Position numbers and translations under genes: made by a program
The notes under the pieces: model-generated
Database searches by the model: none
What the model was told of the DNA's origin: nothing
The model's input: the letters and a program-made list of their open reading frames with translations, nothing else
Shown here: piece by piece, positions 9,056 to 18,099 of the stretch
Position numbering within the stretch: position 1 is the first letter of the stretch
How the letters are laid out: every line of letters starts with the position of its first letter
DNA from: Candidatus Scatosoma sp.
GTDB lineage: Bacteria; Bacillota; Clostridia; Christensenellales; Borkfalkiaceae
Assembly: GCA_045635725.1 (NCBI GenBank)
Contig: JAZTWF010000026.1
Location: forward strand, 1-44,408
DNA: 44,408 nt
Direction of reading: 5' to 3'

Positions 9056-9084
9056 ATTATAATATACTTTTGAAGAAATTGCAA
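9056..9084 (-). promoter_or_regulatory. Sigma-A promoter for scfA(-scfB)
   Basis: Minus strand TTGCAA-17 nt-TATAAT, about 35 nt upstream of the scfA ATG. Confidence 0.65.
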
Positions 9085-9130
9085 GCAGTTTAGAAGAATT
9101 TAACGCACTTTTTTCTCTTTTCTGCCCGAT

Positions 9131-9514
9131 TTATTCGCTACGGCGCAAATTTACCGCAATCGCGCCGCATACCATACCCGAAAATACGGCAAGCGCAAGC
9201 TCGGCAAAAATCAACCACGAAAGCGAAAAATTACCCCCGATTGCCGAAAAGGAAAGATAGGAAAGCGCGGTAAACAGCGCGCCGATTATCCCCCCTTTGA
9301 TAAACCCCTTTTCTCCACGCACGAACAGCAGCGCGCCAAGCGCGGTGGAAACGACTTTTAGCGTTTGATTGACAGGATAAATCACGCCGTCGGAAAGGGG
9401 CGTCGTGCGGAGAATACTCGCCAAAATAATCACGCCTAAAAAAGAGAGTGCAAGGGCAAGCCCCGTGCCTTTGAGAATTTGAAAGATACCGTTTGTTTTC
9501 ACGTCCGTTTGCAT
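9131..9514 (-). CDS. Small integral membrane protein (YrzE/TIGR04086-like, 3-4 TM)
   Basis: 127 aa, Gly/Ala-rich TM helices. GGAGG SD. Position between yajC and the SCIFF genes matches the family I recall as TIGR04086. Family assignment is from memory only. Confidence 0.6.
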   Translation of the reverse strand: MQTDVKTNGIFQILKGTGLALALSFLGVIILASILRTTPLSDGVIYPVNQTLKVVSTALGALLFVRGEKGFIKGGIIGALFTALSYLSFSAIGGNFSLSWLIFAELALAVFSGMVCGAIAVNLRRSE

Positions 9515-9565
9515 AAAAAATACCTCCGCATTATCGTATGCGAAGGCATTTTCATTTATAACAAA

Positions 9566-9976
9566 TTATTCGTTTTCTTTGTTTTCTTCCGCTGCGGGAG
9601 CTTCTTCCACAGGCGTTTCTTCAACGGGTTTTTCTTCGACGGGTTTTTCTTCCACTACCGCGTCCGTTTGATAGATTGCCTGACGGTCGAACTTGATATA
9701 CGATTTACCGCTCTTTTCCGTGCCCGTTTCCAACACGAACGTGTTATCGTCGGGGCAAACTTCTACAACGATACCGCAAATACCGCCGATGGTTTTCACC
9801 TTGTTGCCGGGTTTGATAGCGTTAAGCATTTTGTCCGCTTCTTCCTGTCTTTTTTTCTGACTGCGACGGTTTACGAACATCATACCCACGAAAAGAGCTA
9901 CGATAACCACTATCCAAATGAGCGTCCCCCAAGGGTTAGACGAAGTGGTATCGGATACGATTGCCAACATATTCAT
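9566..9976 (-). CDS. yajC: Preprotein translocase subunit YajC with acidic repeat tail
   Basis: Start set to ATG 9976 (AGGAGAA SD). Single TM followed by NRRSQKKRQEE...LKPGNKVKTIGGICGIVVEV, typical of YajC. C-terminal PVEEK-type repeats. Confidence 0.85.
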   Translation of the reverse strand: MNMLAIVSDTTSSNPWGTLIWIVVIVALFVGMMFVNRRSQKKRQEEADKMLNAIKPGNKVKTIGGICGIVVEVCPDDNTFVLETGTEKSGKSYIKFDRQAIYQTDAVVEEKPVEEKPVEETPVEEAPAAEENKENE

Positions 9977-10024
9977 ACTTATTTTTCTCCTTGTATCGGC
10001 TAAGCCGATTTTTATTCTATTACT

Positions 10025-10053
10025 ATGATATCCCTTTTTGGAAAAATTTGCAA
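10025..10053 (-). promoter_or_regulatory. Candidate sigma-A promoter for yajC
   Basis: Minus strand TTGCAA-17 nt-TATCAT, about 45 nt upstream of the ATG. Leader hairpin atcggc-tta-gccgat. Confidence 0.45.
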
Positions 10054-10120
10054 GCGATTTTTCACGCAATTTTACTTTTTTTTGTTTTTCACCTATTTTT
10101 CAAAAAGGAATAGTGAATAA

Positions 10121-10280
10121 GTGCGGTAAGATTGAAACGTTGCCCGTTTGAAAAGGGAAAAACGGTTCAAATACAAGTAAATCAAGCAAAAGGAGTATTT
10201 TCGCCGTGAGCGTACTTGGCGTACGTAAGCAAGAAAAGCGGACTTTGACGCAGTATTGCGCCGTATTTCAACCGTTTTTT
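10121..10280. repeat. Intergenic structured repeat, copy B (unit 10158-10280 plus shared 12-mer 10122-10133)
   Basis: Closing stem 10161-10174/10264-10277, extendable by AAA/TTT to 17 bp, with one C:C mismatch. Internal hairpin 10211-10215/10221-10225. Homologous to 101-281. Confidence 0.65.
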
Positions 10281-11871
10281 ATAAGGCTTCGAATAATACC
10301 GTTCCGCGCTTATAAACCCACCCCCACAGCAGGGCGGTAACAGCTAAGAACAAACAGCTAACCAACGCCAAATACAGTTCTGCGTATAAGTATTTCCCAA
10401 AGAGAAAATGTCCGCCGATAACAAGCAAGGATACCCCCCAGCAAGCGAACATGGCAAGCACTACGGAAAAGCTTTGCTTGACCGCCACCACTTCATTCGT
10501 CCATTTTAAGTTGGGCATTTTCAAATTGATAACCAGCCCCAGCGTAGCGCAAAGCAGGGTAATGCAAATTAGCGTTACTATCGCGCAAACCGCCATAAGC
10601 ACGGGGATTTTGAGCAGCACGCAAATCAGCACGGTTACAGGCACTAACGGAATAAGCGTATACGCCACGTGAAACGCCGTTTTCGCGCCGAAGATTTCCA
10701 TAGCCGATACGGGCATAGAACGGAGCAACCATAAATTTTGCCCTTCCAACGATATCGACGACGCGGTGATGATATTCGACGCGGCGATAAAGCATAAAAT
10801 TACCGTTAGGATAATCGCCACTTCCCCTTTATAGATAGGCGCGTGCGCAATGGTAGCGCAAAGCTCGCCGTTAAACAGCGCAAACCCTGCGAACACCACG
10901 CCGATTACCGAACCGATACCACAGTTAAAAAGAATCATGGGGTTCTTCAAATAACGGTTACATTCCTTGAAAAAGATAGCCCAAACCGCACTGCGCGATT
11001 TGCTTTGCTTTTCCACGTATTTGGCTTTCGCACCGCTCTTTTTCATGGTAGCGGTTTTCAAAAACGTTACCGAAAGGAGCAAATACGTCAAAGCGAATAC
11101 GCCGACAAAAAGCAAGAAAAAGATAAGCATACCGACGATATCGCCAGCAGCGCCCAAGCCCATTTGACGAAAGACAAACAGCAACGGATTTTCAAAGCCC
11201 TGCGCAAGCGCGTCCCCGTTTGCCATAATAAAGGTAAGCACTTCGTTCATGTTGGAAACCAACACGGCATAACCGATAAAAAAGGCAATCAAAAGCACCG
11301 TGGTGATCAAATTTTTCGCAGGCAAGCGTGCCGTTAAAACGGCAATCAGCCAACCCAGCAAACAACTCACCGCCAATACGCCAAGCGGCAATAAAAGGGT
11401 AATTAATGCGCAAAAAATCAAGGGTAAAACGCTAAACGCCGTCAGCGTAAAATAGCGCACGATACACGGGATAAAAACGATAGACGTAAACAAAAACGCC
11501 ATAACGTATAAGGCAGTCATACGCACAAACAGCAAGACTTTGGGCGGTATGGGCATAGACAAAAGCAGGTCGTTATCCTTGGCTTCGTATAAAATAGACT
11601 TGGTCATAAATATACTGCCGATTAAGCCCGTACCGAACGCAAGCGTACCCATAAACGCAAAGTACACCCACGGCTTGCCTATGGCAAGCATACCTTGACA
11701 CATACTCTCGGAAAGCATCCACATTAAATACACCATAGCCCCAAGCGCGTACAGCATAAGGATACCCACCAAAATAAGCGTACCCGTTTTGCGTTGTTTC
11801 TTCTCTCCGCTACGGAAAGCAAATACCGACAAAAGCTCGGCAAACTGTTTTTTAAGTAAGGCTTTCAGCAT
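10279..11871 (-). CDS. ABC-2-type exporter permease, uncharacterised (about 12 TM)
   Basis: 530 aa polytopic membrane protein. Its start overlaps the stop of the upstream ABC ATPase by 20 nt. Confidence 0.7.
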   Translation of the reverse strand: MLKALLKKQFAELLSVFAFRSGEKKQRKTGTLILVGILMLYALGAMVYLMWMLSESMCQGMLAIGKPWVYFAFMGTLAFGTGLIGSIFMTKSILYEAKDNDLLLSMPIPPKVLLFVRMTALYVMAFLFTSIVFIPCIVRYFTLTAFSVLPLIFCALITLLLPLGVLAVSCLLGWLIAVLTARLPAKNLITTVLLIAFFIGYAVLVSNMNEVLTFIMANGDALAQGFENPLLFVFRQMGLGAAGDIVGMLIFFLLFVGVFALTYLLLSVTFLKTATMKKSGAKAKYVEKQSKSRSAVWAIFFKECNRYLKNPMILFNCGIGSVIGVVFAGFALFNGELCATIAHAPIYKGEVAIILTVILCFIAASNIITASSISLEGQNLWLLRSMPVSAMEIFGAKTAFHVAYTLIPLVPVTVLICVLLKIPVLMAVCAIVTLICITLLCATLGLVINLKMPNLKWTNEVVAVKQSFSVVLAMFACWGVSLLVIGGHFLFGKYLYAELYLALVSCLFLAVTALLWGWVYKRGTVLFEAL

Positions 11872-12577
11872 GGTCGTTCTCCAACTCTAAAAATACTTCT
11901 TCTAAGCTGTCGTCCCCTTTCACTTCATCCATGGTACCCGCTTTTATCAATTTTCCGCCCTTGATAATGGCTACCTTATCGCACAGCTTTTCCGCCACTT
12001 CCAACACGTGGGTAGAGAAAAAGATAGCTCCGCCCTGTTTGCAAAACTCACGCATAATTTCCTTGAGCGTGTGCGCCGCTTTGGGGTCTAAACCCACGAA
12101 CGGTTCATCCATTAAAATGAGCTTCGGCTCGTGGATCAGCGCGGAGATAACGGCAAGCTTTTGTTTCATACCGTGAGAATACGCCGCAATCGGCTGCGCC
12201 AAATCTTGCGTTAAGTTAAACGCGTCGGCGTAGTGACGGATTCTTTCCTGCCGCTCGTCTGCCGATACGCCGTAAATATCCGCTACGAAATGCAAGTACT
12301 GTATGCCCGTCATAAAGGTGTACAAATCGGGATTGTCGGGAATGTACGCCAACATTTTTTTGCAGGCGATAGGGTCTTTGGCAACGGATACGCCGTCAAT
12401 GCGAATTTCCCCCTTTTCAAACTGCAAAATACCGCAAACGGCTTTCAGCGTCGTCGTTTTCCCTGCGCCGTTGTGCCCGATAAACCCGAAAATTTCCCCC
12501 TTTTGAATATGCAAGGATAAATCGTCTACGGCATTCTTATTGCCGTACGTTTTGGTAAGATTTGTAATTTGTAACAT
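11852..12577 (-). CDS. ABC transporter ATP-binding protein (ABC-2/DrrA-NatA-like)
   Basis: Walker A GHNGAGKTTT, Q-loop, signature SHGMKQK, Walker B LILMDEP. Start set to the second ATG (12577), which has a GGGAGAAAAGG SD; the first ATG (12592) has none. Confidence 0.9.
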   Translation of the reverse strand: MLQITNLTKTYGNKNAVDDLSLHIQKGEIFGFIGHNGAGKTTTLKAVCGILQFEKGEIRIDGVSVAKDPIACKKMLAYIPDNPDLYTFMTGIQYLHFVADIYGVSADERQERIRHYADAFNLTQDLAQPIAAYSHGMKQKLAVISALIHEPKLILMDEPFVGLDPKAAHTLKEIMREFCKQGGAIFFSTHVLEVAEKLCDKVAIIKGGKLIKAGTMDEVKGDDSLEEVFLELENDHAESLT

Positions 12578-12613
12578 AACCTTTTCTCCCATTTTATTTC
12601 GTTTGATATTAAA

Positions 12614-12643
12614 ATGATATCATAATGTAATCACTTATGTCAA
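12614..12643 (-). promoter_or_regulatory. Sigma-A promoter for the ABC-2 pair
   Basis: Minus strand TTGACA-18 nt-TATCAT with an upstream TG (extended -10). Confidence 0.5.
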
Positions 12644-12654
12644 GTGTTTTTACG

Positions 12655-12691
12655 ATAAAAATACAAAGCGGACGAAAAAAGTTTTCGCCCG
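12655..12691 (-). terminator. Probable intrinsic terminator after tgt
   Basis: Minus strand gggcgaaaa-ctt-ttttcg(t)ccgc followed by a T-rich tract (tttgtattttt). Imperfect stem. Confidence 0.45.
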
Positions 12692-12698
12692 TTTGGTT

Positions 12699-14886
<2,188 letters not shown>

Positions 14887-14888
14887 GT

Positions 14889-15581
14889 ATGAGCAGCATA
14901 CAGACGTTTTGCGAATACTTTTTCACGTACGGGGGTTATAAGGACTATTTGTACGGGCTTTCCAACACCGCGCTTATCGCGGTATTTGGGCTTGTAATCG
15001 GTTTTGTTATCGGTTGCTTGATTGCCACGGTGAAAATTTTCCCTACGAAAAATCCCCTTATCGTCGTTTTAGAAAAGCTTGCCGACGGGTACGTTGCACT
15101 CTTCCGCGGTACGCCGATTGTCGTACAGCTTTTGCTGCTGCATTTTGGGTTATTCCCCTTAATGGGCATTGATTTGGACGCGGTTGTTGAGGCGATTATT
15201 ATCTTCGGCTTGAATTCGGGCGCGTACATGTCCGAAATTTTGCGCGGCGGCATTAACGCCGTAGACGCAGGACAAATGGAAGCGGGACGTTCGCTTGGGT
15301 TTGGGTTTGGCGAAACCATGCTCCGTATCATTTTACCGCAAGCGATTAAAAATATCCTGCCTACGCTTGGCAACGAATTTATCGCGCTCTTAAAAGAAAC
15401 GTCCGTCGTTAGCTTTATCGCCGTAATCGACGTTACCCGTTCGCTCCAAAGCATTGCCGATTCGACGTACGAATACTTCGTGCCGTATATCGTGCTTGCC
15501 ATCACCTATCTTGTCATTGTGCTTGTCATCACGTATTTTATCCGCATTATGGAAAGGAGATTGTCGAAAAATGAACGATAA
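14889..15581 (+). CDS. Polar amino-acid ABC transporter permease (His/Glu/Gln/Arg/opine family)
   Basis: 230 aa. EAA-loop region ([18 protein letters not shown]), 5 TM. Confidence 0.88.
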   Translation: MSSIQTFCEYFFTYGGYKDYLYGLSNTALIAVFGLVIGFVIGCLIATVKIFPTKNPLIVVLEKLADGYVALFRGTPIVVQLLLLHFGLFPLMGIDLDAVVEAIIIFGLNSGAYMSEILRGGINAVDAGQMEAGRSLGFGFGETMLRIILPQAIKNILPTLGNEFIALLKETSVVSFIAVIDVTRSLQSIADSTYEYFVPYIVLAITYLVIVLVITYFIRIMERRLSKNER

Positions 15582-16449
15582 CGTAATACTTTCCGTCAAG
15601 AATTTATATAAAAAATTCGGTAAATTAGAAGTACTCAAAGGCATTGATATCGACATTAAAAAAGGCGACGTCGTTGCCGTAATCGGCCCGTCGGGTTGCG
15701 GAAAATCCACTTTCCTTCGCTGTTTGAACCGTTTGGAAACACCGACGGCAGGAGAAATTTTATTCGAAGGCAATTACATTTTCAAAAACGAACGCATTTA
15801 TTTGAAAAAACGCTTAAAAGCCTTTGTCTTACCCAAGGACGCGGACGACGCCCAAAAAACGGAATACGAAAACTTAAAAGCGGAATACGCGGCTTTGCAA
15901 AAGGAAGAAAAAGCCATTGAAAAATATTTGCAAAAGCATTTGGATTTGCACCGTCAAAAAATCGGTATGGTGTTTCAACAGTTTAATCTGTTCCCCCACC
16001 TTACCGTGCTCCAAAATATCACGCTTGCCCCTATCCGTTTGAAAAAGGTCTCGCAAGAAGACGCCGAAACGCAGGCGCAAAGGCGGGTAAAATTAGTCGG
16101 CTTGGAAGATAAGGCAAACGTGTACCCGTCCACTCTTTCGGGCGGACAAAAACAGCGTATCGCCATTGTACGCGCGTTGGCTATGAGCCCCGACGTTATG
16201 CTCTTTGACGAACCCACTTCCGCACTTGACCCCGAAATGGTCGGCGAAGTGTTAAAGGTTATCACCGACCTTGCCAAAGACGGTATGACCATGGTGGTGG
16301 TTACCCATGAAATGGGCTTTGCCAAGGAAGTGGCAAACCGCGTTATTTTCATGAGCGAAGGAGTTATTAAGGAAGAAAACGAACCCAAGGCTTTCTTCGC
16401 AAGCCCCAAAGACGAACGCTTGAAGGAATTCCTTTCCAAAGTACTCTAA
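15571..16449 (+). CDS. Polar amino-acid ABC transporter ATP-binding protein with an internal insertion of about 47 aa
   Basis: Start at ATG 15571 (GGAAAGGAGA SD), overlapping the permease end. Walker [11 protein letters not shown]-loop [20 protein letters not shown], Walker [12 protein letters not shown]. 292 aa versus about 240 for GlnQ-type proteins. Confidence 0.9.
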   Translation: MNDNVILSVKNLYKKFGKLEVLKGIDIDIKKGDVVAVIGPSGCGKSTFLRCLNRLETPTAGEILFEGNYIFKNERIYLKKRLKAFVLPKDADDAQKTEYENLKAEYAALQKEEKAIEKYLQKHLDLHRQKIGMVFQQFNLFPHLTVLQNITLAPIRLKKVSQEDAETQAQRRVKLVGLEDKANVYPSTLSGGQKQRIAIVRALAMSPDVMLFDEPTSALDPEMVGEVLKVITDLAKDGMTMVVVTHEMGFAKEVANRVIFMSEGVIKEENEPKAFFASPKDERLKEFLSKVL

Positions 16450-16460
16450 AACAAAATATA

Positions 16461-16490
16461 ATCCCTTGCCACGGCGGCAAGGGATTTTTT
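16461..16490. terminator. Bidirectional terminator between convergent ABC ATPase and GT8 genes
   Basis: atcccttgcc-acggc-ggcaagggat followed by ttttt, with an A-rich tract on the other side. Confidence 0.7.
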
Positions 16491-17310
16491 ATTTTTCGAA
16501 ATTTTCTTTTAAGGCAAGGTATTCGTTTAAGATATCGTCAAAGCAGGTATAGCGGAACAGCTTATGCACCCTGTCCACGTGCCATTGTTTGACGTTTTCG
16601 GTGTGCGGATAGGGCAGGTAAAACAGCCGTTTGGAAAAATGCCGCACCACCGTCTTTTTGTAGAGAAATTTTTGGTCGTTAAACCGTTGGGATATGATTT
16701 TCTTTTTCGTCGTCGAACGGATCAGCGCCGATTGATCGGCAAAGAGCAGTTTTTTTCTTCTAATGTGCGCCCTTGCCTTCTCAAAAATCCCCGTTTCGCG
16801 GCAAAGTTTCATGTTAAACAATAACACCCCTGCGTTGATATAATTTGGGTAGAGTAAAAACTTTCCGTAGTGATCTCTTGCGGCGGCGTATTCCACCTGC
16901 GAAACGTCGATATCGTACAACAAAGAAATATCCTTATGCAGCATAATATCCGCGTCTAAATACAACAGCTTATCGGGCAGTTCCACCAAATCGGCAAGCA
17001 AGCGCAGCAGCGTATACGGCGAACAATAGCACCCTTCGTTGGGGCTTTGCTTTAAGTGCGTTTCATATAAATCCGTTACGTCGTAAAGCAAAACCTTGGT
17101 GTCCGCATTGTGCTTTTGTAACGCATTTTCAATAAACGCCCTGTGTTTTTCCTGCATAGCCGTATACGCAGGCTTCACGCGCGTAAGCTCCATGGTAAAT
17201 ATATAAATGCGCAAAGGCTTGGGCGTTTGCATACGCATAACGATAGACAGCGCGGAAGTGAGCACGCCGTCGAACACTTTATCGTTTCCGCAATATAATA
17301 CGTTGATCAT
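16489..17310 (-). CDS. Glycosyltransferase family 8 protein
   Basis: 273 aa. N-terminal INVLYCGNDKVFDG... and DxD (YLDADIM), typical of GT8 (GspA/LgtC-like). ATGA overlap with the upstream gene. Confidence 0.8.
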   Translation of the reverse strand: MINVLYCGNDKVFDGVLTSALSIVMRMQTPKPLRIYIFTMELTRVKPAYTAMQEKHRAFIENALQKHNADTKVLLYDVTDLYETHLKQSPNEGCYCSPYTLLRLLADLVELPDKLLYLDADIMLHKDISLLYDIDVSQVEYAAARDHYGKFLLYPNYINAGVLLFNMKLCRETGIFEKARAHIRRKKLLFADQSALIRSTTKKKIISQRFNDQKFLYKKTVVRHFSKRLFYLPYPHTENVKQWHVDRVHKLFRYTCFDDILNEYLALKENFEK

Positions 17311-18098
17311 TCTTCTTGCTCCTTGGGTCGATAGGCGATATATTCGCAGCTTGACAGGGCGGCGCGGCTACGCATGGTTTCATATACTCTATCGCGCAAG
17401 CGTTGCGCCTGTTCTTTAACAGGCAAATCCCTATCGGGATAAAACGGTCCGTCCAGATAGGTAACCGCCTTGGGCTTTATCCCCCGTTTGCGTTTTTGGT
17501 AGGTAGTCGTCATGACAAAGCACGGCGCGTTATATTCGACGGGATAGCGAAAGGACTTCGCGGAAAAATTACGAATGCCGATATAGTACGGCCAAATATG
17601 CGCTTCGGGATAGATAGTGATACAATGCCCTTGGGCATAGCGCAAAGCAATCGCCGCCTTGAAGTTTTTTGCCGCTTGCAGGGTATCGGGCAGGGGCAAC
17701 GCGCCCATGTACGGGGTTATCTTGCCCATAACGGGCATGGAAACGTTGTTGGCGTGGGCGATTATTGAAACTTTTTTGGGCATACAAACAAGGGACGGGA
17801 TAAAGACGTCCGCCGTTTCCTGCGTGTGGTTGGCGAATAAAAAATATCCCCCTTTTACGGTTTTGAGTACTTTACGGTTTTCCACTTTCCATTTAAGCTT
17901 GCATTTACAATACAGCCACGCAAGCGGCGTCGCAATCAGGCGATAGCAAATAAAACGGGCAATCCGCCCGAAAAAGCCGTCGCGGATATAGCGATAGCTG
18001 CCGTCGATTTTTTTCGGGATAATAACCGCCGACGAAAATTCGTCGGCGGTTTCATTCGTGTAGTATTCCGTTTTAACGGGTAATCTTTTTTCTTGCAT
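17307..18098 (-). CDS. Lysophospholipid/glycerolipid acyltransferase (PlsC/LPLAT-like)
   Basis: About 263 aa. Acyltransferase-like NHTQETAD block and IYPEAHIW block. ATG 18098 lies 1 nt after the stop of the ABC gene; an alternative TTG at 18113 would overlap that gene. Confidence 0.6.
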   Translation of the reverse strand: MQEKRLPVKTEYYTNETADEFSSAVIIPKKIDGSYRYIRDGFFGRIARFICYRLIATPLAWLYCKCKLKWKVENRKVLKTVKGGYFLFANHTQETADVFIPSLVCMPKKVSIIAHANNVSMPVMGKITPYMGALPLPDTLQAAKNFKAAIALRYAQGHCITIYPEAHIWPYYIGIRNFSAKSFRYPVEYNAPCFVMTTTYQKRKRGIKPKAVTYLDGPFYPDRDLPVKEQAQRLRDRVYETMRSRAALSSCEYIAYRPKEQEE

Positions 18099-18099
18099 A

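Noticed and set aside
10121-10280. The repeat as an integron attC site, preQ1 or ppGpp riboswitch, T-box, retron msr/msd or CRISPR repeat.
   Set aside because: - No integrase, reverse transcriptase or cas genes in the window.
- I could not find attC R'/R'' cores, the T-box specifier or T-box sequence, or the preQ1 or ykkC consensus.
- Only two dispersed copies, not an array.

The element is left as unclassified rather than forced into a family.
10188-10330. Possible small plus-strand ORF in repeat copy B (AAGGAG followed by GTG, about 46 codons).
   Set aside because: It runs antisense into the permease gene. Neither the SD nor the reading frame is conserved in copy A.
15454-15570. Upstream extension of the ABC ATPase ORF ([10 protein letters not shown]...).
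   Set aside because: It lies inside the permease gene in another frame. A strong SD precedes ATG 15571, where ATPase homology begins.
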